DNA of 64,000 nt from NCBI GenBank assembly GCA_963805975.1, contig CAWDVR010000002.1, positions 224,001 to 288,000 of the forward strand, read 5' to 3'. This DNA comes from an uncultured Acidobacteriota bacterium (GTDB taxonomy: Bacteria; Acidobacteriota; Thermoanaerobaculia; Multivoradales; SZUA-115). Under the pieces are notes generated by a model that saw only the letters and a list, made by a program, of their open reading frames with translations, was not told the origin of the DNA and did not search any database. The number at the start of each line of letters is the position of its first letter. Position 1 is the stretch's first letter. The translations under genes and the position numbers were made by a program. This document shows, piece after piece, positions 30,453 to 40,327 of this stretch.

Positions 30453-31396
30453 GGCAGGAGCGATGGTCCGCCCACGTGCTCGTGCGCGTGGTAGCTGCTG
30501 CGCACCAGCGGCCCGGACTCGCAGTGCGCGAACCCCAGGGCGAGGGCGTGCTCGCGGTAGGCCGCGAACTCCTGCGGGTGGACGAAGCGGTCCACCGGCA
30601 GGTGCTTCTTCGTCGGCTGCAGGTACTGGCCGATGGTGAGGATCTCGACGCCGGCCGCGCGGATGTCCGCGATCGTCGCCCGCACCTCCTCCGCCGACTC
30701 CCCCAGCCCCACCATGATGCCGGTCTTGATCCGCCCGGCGTAGCTCCCGGCGTCCCGGCGGCGCGACGCCTCGGCGAGGAGCCCGAGGGTCCGGTCGTAG
30801 CGGCTCCCGGGCCGCGCCTGGCGGTAAAGGCGCGGCACGGTCTCGGTGTTGTGGGAGAAGACCTCGGGCCGGGCGCCGAGCACCAGGTCGAGCGCCTCCG
30901 GCACGCCGCGGAAGTCGGGGGTCAGCACTTCGACCGCGGTCTCCGGGTTGCGCTCGTGAACCGCCGCGATGACCTCGGCGAAGTGCCGGGAGCCGCCGTC
31001 CGGGAGATCGTCGCGGTCCACCGAGGTGATGACGGCGTGCCGGAGCCCCATCACCGCCACCGCCTCGGCCACGTGTGCGGGCTCCTCGGCGTCCACTCCC
31101 GCCTGCGGCCGGCCGGAGGTCACGGCGCAGAAACCACAGCGCCGGGTGCAGACGTCGCCCAGGATCATGAAGGTCGCGGTGCCGTGCTCGCCCCAGCACT
31201 CGTAGATGTTCGGGCAGCGCGCTTCCTGGCAGACCGTGTGGAGGTTCAGGCCGTCGACCAGGCGCTTGATCTCGTGGTACCGCGACGGGGTCGCGAGGCG
31301 GATGCGCAGCCACTCGGGACGTCCGGAGCGGGCGGGCGGCGCGGCGCGGGGGCCGATCTGAACGAGGGTCTCGCTCACGGCGCGGGAGCTTACCAT
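30440..31396 (-). CDS. lipA: Lipoyl synthase
   Basis: CQEARCPNIYEC, CTRRCGFC, HNTETV, GQYLQP, PLVRSSYHA. True start may be GTG at 31378. Confidence 0.97.
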   Translation of the reverse strand: MVSSRAVSETLVQIGPRAAPPARSGRPEWLRIRLATPSRYHEIKRLVDGLNLHTVCQEARCPNIYECWGEHGTATFMILGDVCTRRCGFCAVTSGRPQAGVDAEEPAHVAEAVAVMGLRHAVITSVDRDDLPDGGSRHFAEVIAAVHERNPETAVEVLTPDFRGVPEALDLVLGARPEVFSHNTETVPRLYRQARPGSRYDRTLGLLAEASRRRDAGSYAGRIKTGIMVGLGESAEEVRATIADIRAAGVEILTIGQYLQPTKKHLPVDRFVHPQEFAAYREHALALGFAHCESGPLVRSSYHAHEHVGGPSLLPMSS

Positions 31397-31400
31397 CCGG

Positions 31401-31427
31401 GTAGGGGCGACCGGCGGTCGCCCCTAC
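31401..31427. repeat. GTAG-family REP palindrome
   Basis: GTAGGGGCGACC-GGC-GGTCGCCCCTAC, perfect 12-bp stem. Supplies the nadC TAG stop. Confidence 0.8.
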
Positions 31428-32311
31428 GCTTCGATGTCCAGCGCCACGTCGAGGCTCGGCGCGCTGTGGGTCAGCCAGCCGATCGACAGCAGATCCACCC
31501 CGGTGGCGGCGACCTCGGCCGCGGTCTCGGGGGTGATGCCGCCGGACGCCTCGGTGACGGCCCGGCCGCCCACCCGCCGCACGGCCTCGCGGAGCAGCGC
31601 GGGCGGCATGTTGTCGAGCAGGATGGCTTCGACCCCGGCGGCGAGCGCGGCCTCGAGCTCCGCGAGGCCGGCCACCTCGACCTCGATCTTCACCAAGTGG
31701 CCGGCGGCCCGCCGCGCCCGCGCCACCGCCTCGGCCACCCCGCCCGCGATTCGCAGGTGGTTGTCCTTGATCAGGATGGCGTCGTCCAGCCCGAAACGGT
31801 GGTTGGCACCGCCGCCCAGCCGCACGGCGTGCTTCTCGAGTAGGCGCAGGCCCGGCGTGGTCTTCCTGGTGCAGACCACGCGGGCGCGGCTGCCGGCAAC
31901 GGCGACCACCACGCCGCGCGTGGCAGTGGCCACCCCCGATAGATGGCCGAGGAAGTTGAGCGCCGTGCGCTCGGCCGAGAGCAGGGCCCGCGCCGGGCCG
32001 GCGAGCGCCGCGAGCGTCTGGCCGGCCTCGACGTCCGAGCCGTCCGGGGCCAGGAAGTCGATCACGAATCCCGGAGCCAACAGGTCGAAGGCGGCGCAAC
32101 CGACGGCCAGGCCCGCCACCCGGCCGGGCTCGCGGGCGACGATCCGCGCCCGTGCCTCGAGGGCCGCTGGCACGATGGCGTCGGTGGTCATGTCCCCGGC
32201 ACGGCCGAGATCCTCCACCAGCGCGCCGCGCACCAGGGGCTCCCAGAGGAGCCGCGGCGGCGGAGGCACGGAAACCACCGGCACCACTCGCAGCAGGCCC
32301 GTGCCGCTCAC
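31424..32311 (-). CDS. nadC: Nicotinate-nucleotide diphosphorylase (carboxylating)
   Basis: [51 protein letters not shown] start overlaps the nadB stop. Confidence 0.95.
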   Translation of the reverse strand: MSGTGLLRVVPVVSVPPPPRLLWEPLVRGALVEDLGRAGDMTTDAIVPAALEARARIVAREPGRVAGLAVGCAAFDLLAPGFVIDFLAPDGSDVEAGQTLAALAGPARALLSAERTALNFLGHLSGVATATRGVVVAVAGSRARVVCTRKTTPGLRLLEKHAVRLGGGANHRFGLDDAILIKDNHLRIAGGVAEAVARARRAAGHLVKIEVEVAGLAELEAALAAGVEAILLDNMPPALLREAVRRVGGRAVTEASGGITPETAAEVAATGVDLLSIGWLTHSAPSLDVALDIEA

Positions 32312-33975
32312 GGCGTGCTCCCGCAGGCCGCCACGGCCGAGCTCGGCGCCGGCGCCAGGAACGACGAAATGGCGGGCGCCCTGCGCGGGCCGGCCCCGGC
32401 GGCGCCCTCCACCACCACCTCGCCGCTCGGCGAGAGCGTGAGCATCAGGCGGCGCTGCCAGGCCGGGTCGGCCGCCGGGAAGTCGGTCCGGTAGTGGCTC
32501 CCCCGGCTCTCCTGCCGTGCCAGGGCGGCGGCGGCAATCAGGCGCCCCACGGTGAGCAGGTTGCGCGTCTCGCCATCGACCCGGAAGCTCGAGCGCGCCC
32601 AGGAGTCGAGCTGCCACACGGCCTCCTCGAGGCCGGCACCGCTGCGCTCGACCCCGACCTTCGCGGTCATCAGCTCGCGGATGGCGGCGCGCAGATCGAG
32701 CGAGGCCCCTGCCGGCTGTGGGGCAGGACGCGTGCCACGCACCGTCGCGGGGACGGCTGGCGGCAGATGGCAGGCGACGTCCTCCGCCGCGCGGGCGCCG
32801 AAGACCTGGGCCTCGAGCAGCGAGTTGGAGGCCAGCCGGTTGGCGCCGTGGGCGCCGGTCGAGGCCACCTCGCCGCAGGCCCAGAGCCCGGGGAGGGACG
32901 AGCGGCCATCGGCCTCCACCGCGATGCCTCCCATGTGGTAGTGGGCCGCGGGCGCCACCGGCAGGAGCTCGCGCCGCGGGTCGATCCCGGCGCGCCGGCA
33001 GTGCCCGAAGACGGTCGGGAAGCGGGCGGGGAACGCCTCGCCCACCGCTTCACGGGCGTCCAGAAAGACCTGCTCGCCCGCCGCCAGCCGGCGGAAGAGG
33101 GCGCGGGCCACCACGTCGCGCGGCGCGAGCTCGGCGCCGGGGTGCTCGGCGAGCATGAAGCGTCGGCCCCGGCCGTCGACGAGCACCGCGCCCTCGCCGC
33201 GCAACGCCTCGGTCAGGAGCGGCATCGGGTCCGCTCCCACGGCCAGCGCCGTGGGATGGAACTGCACCATCTCGAGATCGGCGAGGCGGGCACCGGCACG
33301 GGCCGCGAGCGCCAGGCCGTCGCCGGTCGCTTCCTTCGGGTTGGTGGTGGCGCGGAACACCTGCCCGCAGCCGCCGGTGGCGAGCACCACGGCGCGGCCG
33401 AGGTAGAGCACGGCCGCGCCGTTCGCGGCGAGCGCGAGCACGCCGGCCACGCGCCCGCCCGCGGTCACCAGCTCGCAGGCGAAGGTTTCCTCGAAGATCG
33501 CCACCCCGGGCGCCGTCCTCACCGCGGCGGTGAGGGCCCGCACGAGCTCGGCGCCGGTCGCGTCGCCGTGCGCGTGGAGGATGCGCCGACGGCTGTGCGC
33601 GGCCTCCCGGCCGAGGTCGAGCCGGCCCGCGCGATCGCGGTCGAAGGCAACTCCCAGAGCCAGGAGGTCGTCGATGCTCGCCGCACCCTCCGCGGTCAAG
33701 AGCTCGACGATCGCGGGATCGTTGAGCCCGGCCCCGGCCGCCAGCGTGTCCGCGGCATGGAGCCGCGGCGAGTCGTCCTCCCCCACCGCGGCGGCGATGC
33801 CGCCCTGGGCCCAGGCGCTCGCGCCGCCGGTCCCCAGCCGCGTCTTGGTGAGGAGCGCCACCGAGAGCCGCACGCCCGGCTGCGACGCGAGCCCCAGCGC
33901 GGCGGAGAGGCCGGCGACCCCCGCGCCGATCACCACCACGTCGCTTTCGATCACGCGGTCAGGAAAGCCCTTCAT
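32308..33975 (-). CDS. nadB: L-aspartate oxidase
   Basis: [57 protein letters not shown] at 33975. Confidence 0.95.
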   Translation of the reverse strand: MKGFPDRVIESDVVVIGAGVAGLSAALGLASQPGVRLSVALLTKTRLGTGGASAWAQGGIAAAVGEDDSPRLHAADTLAAGAGLNDPAIVELLTAEGAASIDDLLALGVAFDRDRAGRLDLGREAAHSRRRILHAHGDATGAELVRALTAAVRTAPGVAIFEETFACELVTAGGRVAGVLALAANGAAVLYLGRAVVLATGGCGQVFRATTNPKEATGDGLALAARAGARLADLEMVQFHPTALAVGADPMPLLTEALRGEGAVLVDGRGRRFMLAEHPGAELAPRDVVARALFRRLAAGEQVFLDAREAVGEAFPARFPTVFGHCRRAGIDPRRELLPVAPAAHYHMGGIAVEADGRSSLPGLWACGEVASTGAHGANRLASNSLLEAQVFGARAAEDVACHLPPAVPATVRGTRPAPQPAGASLDLRAAIRELMTAKVGVERSGAGLEEAVWQLDSWARSSFRVDGETRNLLTVGRLIAAAALARQESRGSHYRTDFPAADPAWQRRLMLTLSPSGEVVVEGAAGAGPRRAPAISSFLAPAPSSAVAACGSTP

Positions 33976-35036
33976 CGGCCGGCCTCTCTTTCTCCCGGAC
34001 CGCGACCCACCGCCAGCATGCGCTCCACGGCCCGACGGGCGCGCGTCGCGACCTCGGCCGGCACCTCGACCTGGAACTGCATCGTTTCGAGCGCCGCCGC
34101 GATCTTGGGCAGGGTGATGCGCTGCATGTGCGGGCAGAGGTTGCAGGGCCGCACGAAGTCGACGTCGGGGAACTGGACGGCCACGTTGTCGCTCATCGAG
34201 CACTCGGTCACCATCACTACCCGCGCCGGCCGCCGCTCGTCCACGAAGCGGATCATGCCGGCGGTGGAGCCCACGAAGTCCGCCTCGGCCAGCACCGCCG
34301 GCGGGCACTCGGGATGGGCGAGCACCACCACACCTTCCAGGCCCCGGCGGTAGGCGCGAACGTCCCCGGCCGTGAAGCGCTCGTGGACCTCGCAGTGGCC
34401 GTGCCAGAGGACGATCTCGACCGCGGTCCGCGAGGCCACCCATCTGCCGAGGTACTCGTCCGGCAGGAAGATCACGCGCGGAACGTCGAGCGATTCCACC
34501 ACCTCGACGGCGTTGGCCGAGGTGCAGCAAATGTCGCTCTCCGCCTTCACTTCCGCCGAGGTGTTGACGTAGGTGACCACCGGCACGCCGGGGTACCGCT
34601 CGCGCAGCAGCCGCACGTCGGCACCGGTGATCGACGCGGCGAGCGAGCAGCCGGCCCGCGGGTCGGGGATCAGCACGGTCTTCTCCGGCGAGAGGATCTT
34701 GGCGGTCTCCGCCATGAAGTGAACACCCGCCAGCACGATGACCTCGGCCTCGGTCTCGGCCGCCATCCGCGCCATGGCCAGCGAGTCGCCCACCAGGTCG
34801 GCCACGCCGTGGAAGATCTCGGGCCGCTGGTAGTTGTGCGCCACGACGACCGCGTTCCTCTCGCGCTTCAGCTCCTGGATGCGGGCGATGTAGGGCGCGT
34901 GGAGCGGCCACTCGATCTCCGGGACCACCGGACGGAGGCGCTCCCACACCGGGGCGGTGGCGCGGGCAATCTCCGGGGTCATGGGCAAGCGAGCGGCAAG
35001 CGGTAGGGCTGGGCTCGTGATCGTGTGCAGGCTCAT
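33972..35036 (-). CDS. nadA: Quinolinate synthase
   Basis: AHNYQ, GVHFMAE, AGCSLA, YVNTSA, HCEVH, AHPEC, CPHM. RBS AGGAG before the ATG at 35036. Confidence 0.96.
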   Translation of the reverse strand: MSLHTITSPALPLAARLPMTPEIARATAPVWERLRPVVPEIEWPLHAPYIARIQELKRERNAVVVAHNYQRPEIFHGVADLVGDSLAMARMAAETEAEVIVLAGVHFMAETAKILSPEKTVLIPDPRAGCSLAASITGADVRLLRERYPGVPVVTYVNTSAEVKAESDICCTSANAVEVVESLDVPRVIFLPDEYLGRWVASRTAVEIVLWHGHCEVHERFTAGDVRAYRRGLEGVVVLAHPECPPAVLAEADFVGSTAGMIRFVDERRPARVVMVTECSMSDNVAVQFPDVDFVRPCNLCPHMQRITLPKIAAALETMQFQVEVPAEVATRARRAVERMLAVGRGPGEREAGR

Positions 35037-35078
35037 GGCAAGGCTCCTGGGAGAAGTTCGAGGTTCGTTCCCGACACG

Positions 35079-35111
35079 ACTTATACTAGAGATGAGTATA
35101 TTCAGTGTCAA
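35079..35111 (-). promoter_or_regulatory. sigma70-type nadA promoter overlapped by NadQ-type palindromic operator
   Basis: Minus strand TTGACA-17 nt-TAGTAT. Palindrome TATACT-N7-AGTATA (35082-35100) resembles the NadQ consensus ttATRCTCa-N3-tGAGYATaa. Confidence 0.8.
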
Positions 35112-35234
35112 GCGTGGGCCTCCTTCGAGGTTGCCGAAGGGGTGCAGCCGGCGAAATGAGAAATACTAGCTGGGCGGCGCGAGTCTCATGACTCTGGCGT
35201 CAGCGAAGGCTCGTCCCGGACCGGAGAGTGGCCG

Positions 35235-35597
35235 ATGAAGATGAACCGTCTCATACCCATGCTGCCTGTGAAGAGCATGCCGGCGAGCGTCGAGTTCTAT
35301 CAGAAGCTCGGATTCCAGGTTGAGCAACGGAGGGACGACTGGGGTTGGGCGATGCTCAGACTAGACGAGTGTCGCCTCATGCTGGACCAATCCATCAACG
35401 TTCATTGGATGGCGCCCCGCCAATCAGTCCTCTACCTGTATCCGGAGAACATCGTGGAGTACCACCAGCAGGTGCGAATGAACGGACTGGCCGTCCCCGA
35501 TTTGGAGGTCGCTTTCTACGGCTTGACCGAGTTTCGGCTCGATGATCTTGATGGCAACCGACTGTGGATCGGGCAGAGCCCGGCGGCACCTGGTTAG
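35235..35597 (+). CDS. VOC/glyoxalase/bleomycin-resistance family protein
   Basis: PMLPVKSMPASVEFYQKLGF ... FYGLTEFRLDDLDGNRLWIGQ. Confidence 0.85.
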   Translation: MKMNRLIPMLPVKSMPASVEFYQKLGFQVEQRRDDWGWAMLRLDECRLMLDQSINVHWMAPRQSVLYLYPENIVEYHQQVRMNGLAVPDLEVAFYGLTEFRLDDLDGNRLWIGQSPAAPG

Positions 35598-35662
35598 CGA
35601 TCAGCGGGTCGCTGTTCAGCGCCGCGCGTCGGGCAACTGCTCGTCCAGGGACTGGCCGGCGG

Positions 35663-35934
35663 TCAGGGCCTCTGCGGCAGGCCCTGACGGAAGTACACCA
35701 CTCTTTCCGTCTCCTCGAAGCCCAGCGCCTTGTGAACCGTCTGGCTCAGCTCGTTCTCCAGCAGGACATCGGACGCGAGCTCCGAGAGGCCCCGGAGCGC
35801 TCCGGCGCCGCGACGAAGTCCGCCATCTGCGCATCGTGCTCGGCGCCGGTGCAGTCCGGCCAGAGCGCCTGGCGCAGTCGCAGCCAGTCGGCGTCGGGGA
35901 CGGTGCGGAGAGGCCGGATCGTAACGCCCGGCAT
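35663..35934 (-). pseudogene. Internally deleted, frameshifted aminoglycoside 6'-N-acetyltransferase (AAC(6')-I-like GNAT)
   Basis: N-terminus DWLRLRQALWP joined out of frame (junction ~35795) to C-terminus RGLSELASDVLLENELSQTVHKALGFEETERVVYFR. The central acetyl-CoA-binding part is missing. Confidence 0.8.
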
Positions 35935-35940
35935 GGCGCC

Positions 35941-36582
35941 CTAACTCCTGACGAACTTGAGGTGCACCACTCCAGGGGCGGCCACCGTCCGCACCAGCTC
36001 CAGCCCATGGAGATCGTCCACCCCCTCGAGCAGGCGCTCGCCGCCGCCGAGGAGCACCGGCACGAGGTGGATCTCCATCTCGTCCACCAGGCCGGCCTCG
36101 AGGTACTGCTGCGCGGCCCTGGCTCCGCCGGCGAGCGACACGTCCCGGCCGCCAGCGGCCCGCCGCGCCTGCTCGAGCGCCGCCTCGATGCCGTCGGTCA
36201 CGAAGTAGAACGTCGTCCCGCCGTCGAGCGCCAGCGGCTCGCGGGCATGGTGGGTGAGCACGAACACCGGATGATGAAAGGGCGGGTTGTCACCCCACCA
36301 GCCGTTCCACGGCTTCTCGCCATCCCACGGGCCGGGGTGGCCGCCGAACATATTGCGGCCCATCACCGTGGCGCCAATGTGGGCCACCGACTCTTCGACC
36401 ACTTGCGAGCTGGCGTTGACCTCGCCACCCGGAAGGCCATGCACCTCCCGCCAGGCCGTGAGCGGGACCACCCACTCGTGGAGCTGCATGCCGCCCTCTC
36501 CCAGCGGGTTGCTCACGCTCTGGTTGGGGCCGGCGACGAATCCGTCGAGTGACATCGAGATCTTGAGGCGCAATTTGGACAT
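35941..36582 (-). CDS. Dihydrofolate reductase family (RibD C-terminal domain) protein
   Basis: SMSLDGFVAG, VMGRNMF, GLVDEMEIHLVPVLLGGG. Confidence 0.9.
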   Translation of the reverse strand: MSKLRLKISMSLDGFVAGPNQSVSNPLGEGGMQLHEWVVPLTAWREVHGLPGGEVNASSQVVEESVAHIGATVMGRNMFGGHPGPWDGEKPWNGWWGDNPPFHHPVFVLTHHAREPLALDGGTTFYFVTDGIEAALEQARRAAGGRDVSLAGGARAAQQYLEAGLVDEMEIHLVPVLLGGGERLLEGVDDLHGLELVRTVAAPGVVHLKFVRS

Positions 36583-36591
36583 GGCTGGATT

Positions 36592-37236
36592 CTAAGGCCG
36601 AGTCGACGGCGAAGGTCCCGCACTCTTTGCCTCGCCTCCACTTGCCGCCGTACTCGAAACATCCTCTCCTCCGAGCACCGGCGAGTAGCACAGCAGCACG
36701 TTCCCGTTGCCGAAGGCCCGCGTGCTGGCCAGCTTCATGGGTAGCTGCTTCCCGACGCCCTCGAACAGCGTCCGCCCTTTGCCGAGCACGATGGGGTTCA
36801 CCACGAGCTGGAGCTCGTCGATCAGCCCCGCCTCGGCGAGCTGCGAGACGATGCTGCCGCTGCCCAGGATCGCCATGTCCTCGCCGGGCTCGCTCTTCAG
36901 TCTGCGCATCTCGGTCGCCGGGTCGCCGTGCAGCAGCGTCGTGTTGCTCCACGACGCCTCCGAGAGCGTGCGCGAGAAAACCACCTTCGGCATGCGGTTC
37001 ATGTGCTCGGCCACGGCAGGATCGTTCTGGCTCGCCATCGGCGTCGGCCAATAGCTGGCCATGAGCTCGTAGGTCACCCTGCCGAAGACGAGCACACCAC
37101 CGGCCTTCGCGTTGCCCGCGACGAACTCCTTCCACTCCTCGTCCTGCGGGGCCTTGTGGGCCCAGCCGATATCGCCGTCCAGGCTGGTGAAGAAACCGTC
37201 CAGCGTCACTTGGTTGAACATCGTCAGCTTCCGCAT
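36592..37236 (-). CDS. Dihydrofolate reductase family (RibD C-terminal domain) protein
   Basis: VTLDGF, FGRVTYE, GSGSIV, LIDELQLVVNPIVLGKG. Confidence 0.9.
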   Translation of the reverse strand: MRKLTMFNQVTLDGFFTSLDGDIGWAHKAPQDEEWKEFVAGNAKAGGVLVFGRVTYELMASYWPTPMASQNDPAVAEHMNRMPKVVFSRTLSEASWSNTTLLHGDPATEMRRLKSEPGEDMAILGSGSIVSQLAEAGLIDELQLVVNPIVLGKGRTLFEGVGKQLPMKLASTRAFGNGNVLLCYSPVLGGEDVSSTAASGGEAKSAGPSPSTRP

Positions 37237-37391
37237 GGCGCCTCCTCGTAGCTGGGGTGCCCAGGATCAGCCGCAAGGATCTCTGCGCTAACCCTGCGCC
37301 CCAATGGAAAGCCGGCTGGGCACCTTCTGCCACGATGGCCGGCCGTGGATTGTCGGGTATATTTCCTAGCCATCGTCATGGGGAGAGCGTC

Positions 37392-37754
37392 GTGAAGCCG
37401 AGAAAAGTGCTCGTGGTCGATGACTCGAAGATGATGCGCAAGATGTACGAGGTGATGATGCGCCAGTATCCACTGGTCTATGCCAAGGATGGCCGAGAGG
37501 CCCTGGAACACCTGGGGCAGCACAGGGATATCGAGCTCGTCCTGCTGGACCTCAACAACCCCAACATGAGCGCGCTCGATTTTCTAAGAGAGCTCGGAGC
37601 GAACCAAGAATGGGGGCGCCTTGCGGTGATCCTCGTCGGCACCACGGGTTGGGATGCGGACATCGCTCGCGGCCTGGAACTGGGAGCCCGCGCCGCCATC
37701 CTGAAGCCCTTCCAAACTGAAGAGCTCCTCGACAAGATCGACAAGCTCGATTGA
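37392..37754 (+). CDS. Single-domain CheY-like response regulator
   Basis: VLVVDDS, LLDLNNP, ILKPF. GTG start after GGAGAG. Confidence 0.85.
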   Translation: MKPRKVLVVDDSKMMRKMYEVMMRQYPLVYAKDGREALEHLGQHRDIELVLLDLNNPNMSALDFLRELGANQEWGRLAVILVGTTGWDADIARGLELGARAAILKPFQTEELLDKIDKLD

Positions 37755-37806
37755 GCACGGCACTCCCGTGCACCGAGGCAACTCACTGCAGAGGCCGCCG
37801 GCGCCA

Positions 37807-38829
37807 CTACCCCCGCCGCCCCGGCAGCCCCACGCCCGGTGCCGGGCGCTCGCGCAGTACCTCGCGGCGGAAGCGGAACAGCTCCGCGGGGCGACCGCCG
37901 GTCCTCGCTTCGATGCGGCCGGTGCGCTCCACCAGGCCGCCCTTCTCCACCAGGCGGCGGAAGTTCGCCTTGTGGAGCGGCAGGCCCGCCAGGGCCTCGA
38001 CCAGGCGCTGGAGCTGGAACAGCGTGAAGGTCGGCGGCAGAAGCTCGAAGACCACCGGCCGGTAGCGAAGTTTTCCCCGCAGCCGCCCGAGGGCGGTGGC
38101 GAGGATGCGCCGGTGGTCGAAGGCCATGGCGAGGCCGAGCGCAGCCGGGGCGCCGGCTCCAGGCTCGCCGCGCAGCCGGCGGTCGCGCTCCGCTTCCTCC
38201 ACCAGGCCGGCCTCGTACAGCAGCTCGTAGCGTTCGAGCACCCTCTCGCCGTCCCACGGTGCGCCGTTCAGGCCGAAGGTGATGTCCGCGCGCTCGCGGC
38301 GGGTCCGGCGCGCCGCGCGGTCGGCCTTCACCCAGGCGTCGAGCGCCGGCTCGATGGCGCCGGCGAGCACCGCCGGCCGGCCCGGGCGCCAGTCCTCCCA
38401 AGGGAAGAAGCGGTACCAGTCCAGCCAGCGGGCGGAGCTCGCCGCGGAGGGTTGCGGCTCCGACGGCTTCTCCTCCCGCACCAGCGCGAGGTAGGCGACC
38501 GACACCACCCGTCGCCCGCGCGAGCGCTCGCGCGGCTCGCGGTCGAGGTCGCCGAAGCTGTAGAGCTGCTCCACGTAGCCGAGGCCGAGCCCCGCCTGCT
38601 CGCGTACCCAGCGCCGCAGGGCCTGCTCGAGCGTGGTGTCGGAGAGAGGATCGAGCAGGCCGTACGGCAGGGCGGGGGCCGCTTCCGCACCGTCGCCCAC
38701 CGGCGCCCCCACGGCGAGGATGCGCGGCACCTCGCGGGTGACCGCCACGGTCACCGCGTCCAGCCTCAGGAGGACCGACGGCGCGCCCGCCGCGTCGTTT
38801 CCCACCCGCCGCGGCACGGCCCGGCTCAC
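37807..38829 (-). CDS. nadQ: NadQ (NrtR-like NUDIX + wHTH) NAD-biosynthesis regulator
   Basis: LRRWVREQ, YVEQLYSFGD, FPWEDWR, RYELLYEAGL, DHRRILATA, FTLFQLQ, HKANFRR, TGGRPAELF. GTG start overlaps the rtcB stop. Confidence 0.85.
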   Translation of the reverse strand: MSRAVPRRVGNDAAGAPSVLLRLDAVTVAVTREVPRILAVGAPVGDGAEAAPALPYGLLDPLSDTTLEQALRRWVREQAGLGLGYVEQLYSFGDLDREPRERSRGRRVVSVAYLALVREEKPSEPQPSAASSARWLDWYRFFPWEDWRPGRPAVLAGAIEPALDAWVKADRAARRTRRERADITFGLNGAPWDGERVLERYELLYEAGLVEEAERDRRLRGEPGAGAPAALGLAMAFDHRRILATALGRLRGKLRYRPVVFELLPPTFTLFQLQRLVEALAGLPLHKANFRRLVEKGGLVERTGRIEARTGGRPAELFRFRREVLRERPAPGVGLPGRRG

Positions 38830-40265
38830 CCCTTGACCACCCCCAGGGGCCTGAGGCGTGCCACCCGGCTGCCGATGCCGGCGCGGTGCACCACTTCCAC
38901 CACGTCCGCCACGTCCTTGTAGGCCTCGGGCATCTCCTCGGCCACGGTGGCCATGCCGGCGGCCATCACCACCACACCGCGCTCCTCGAGCTCGGAGAGG
39001 AGCTGGCGCCCGCGCGACTCCTTCTTGGCCTGGTGGCGGCTCAGGCGGCGGCCGGCGCCGTGGCAGCTCGAGCCGAAGGTATCCTGGAAGGCCCGCTCCG
39101 TGCCCTTGAGCACGAAGGAGTAGCGGCCCATGTCGCCGGGGATCAGCACCGGTTGGCCCACCGCGCGGTAGGCCGCCGGCGTGCCGGGGTGGTTGGGAGG
39201 ATAGGCGCGGGTCGCGCCCTTGCGGTGGACGCAGACCTTCCGCGCCTTGCCGTCGATCTCGAAGGTCTCGAACTTGGCGATGTTGTGGCACACGTCGTAC
39301 ACCACCTCCATCGCCAGCCGGTCGACGGGGAGGCCCAGCGCCGCGGCGAAGCTCTCGCGCGCCCAGTGGCACATCACCTGGCGGTTGGCGAAGGCGAAGT
39401 TGGCGGCTGCCGCCATCCCTGAGAGGTAGGCCGCGCCTTCCGGCGAGCGGATGGGAGCGCAGGCGAGCTGCCGGTCCGGCAGGCGGATGCCGTACTTGGC
39501 GACCGCCTTGTCCATCACCTTCAAGTGGTCGGTGCACACCTGGTGGCCGAGACCGCGCGAGCCGCTGTGGATCATCACCGTCACCTGGCCGGCGAACAAG
39601 CCGAAGGCGCGGGCGGCCGGCTCGTCGTAGACCTCGTCGACGTACTGGATCTCCGCAAAGTGATTGCCCGAGCCCAGGCTCCCGAGCTGGCCCTTGCCAC
39701 GCTCGAAGGCGCGGTCGGACACCAGGTCGGCATCCGCTCCCGGCAGGGCGCCGCGCTCCTCCAGGTGCTCGAGATCGCGCTCGAAGCCGAGGCCCTGCGC
39801 CACCGCCCAGCCGGCGCCCTGCTCGAGAACGCCTTGCAGATCACGCTTGGTGAGCTTGAGATCGCGGCGGCCAACACCGACGCCGGTCGGGATGCTCTTG
39901 AAAAGCGTGGTCACCACCTCGCGCAGGCGGGGCACCACCTCGTCGCGCGTCAGGCCGGAGCGCAGCAGCCGCACGCCGCAGTTGATGTCGTAGCCCACCC
40001 CGCCGGGCGAGACCACGCCGTCCACCGCGTCCATCCCCGCCACGCCGCCGATCGGGAAGCCGTAGCCCCAGTGGATGTCCGGCATGGCGAGCGACGCCTC
40101 GAGGATGCCCGGGAGATGGGCCACGTTGGCCACCTGCGTGAGGCACGGGTCCTGCCTCAGGTCTCGGGCGAGCTTCTCGGTGGCATACACGATCCCATCC
40201 ACCCGCATGCCGCCGGTGCGGGGTATCCGGAAGCGCGTCTCGTCGATCTGGATCAGCTCGGGCAT
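38826..40265 (-). CDS. rtcB: RNA-splicing/repair ligase RtcB
   Basis: MPDIHWGYGFPIG, GYDINCG, GSGNHF, HSGSRG, HNIAK, HRKGAT, HGAGR, EEMPEAYK. ATG at 40265. Confidence 0.96.
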   Translation of the reverse strand: MPELIQIDETRFRIPRTGGMRVDGIVYATEKLARDLRQDPCLTQVANVAHLPGILEASLAMPDIHWGYGFPIGGVAGMDAVDGVVSPGGVGYDINCGVRLLRSGLTRDEVVPRLREVVTTLFKSIPTGVGVGRRDLKLTKRDLQGVLEQGAGWAVAQGLGFERDLEHLEERGALPGADADLVSDRAFERGKGQLGSLGSGNHFAEIQYVDEVYDEPAARAFGLFAGQVTVMIHSGSRGLGHQVCTDHLKVMDKAVAKYGIRLPDRQLACAPIRSPEGAAYLSGMAAAANFAFANRQVMCHWARESFAAALGLPVDRLAMEVVYDVCHNIAKFETFEIDGKARKVCVHRKGATRAYPPNHPGTPAAYRAVGQPVLIPGDMGRYSFVLKGTERAFQDTFGSSCHGAGRRLSRHQAKKESRGRQLLSELEERGVVVMAAGMATVAEEMPEAYKDVADVVEVVHRAGIGSRVARLRPLGVVKG

Positions 40266-40268
40266 CGG

Positions 40269-40308
40269 AGAATCTCCGCGCCGGGCGTGTGCCCGGCGCG
40301 GAGATTCT
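40269..40308 (-). promoter_or_regulatory. Perfect 18-bp inverted repeat covering the rtcB ribosome-binding site
   Basis: AGAATCTCCGCGCCGGGC-GTGT-GCCCGGCGCGGAGATTCT. The GGAG RBS lies in the arm next to the ATG. Confidence 0.7.
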
Positions 40309-40327
40309 AGCCTGCCGTCGGAAGCCG

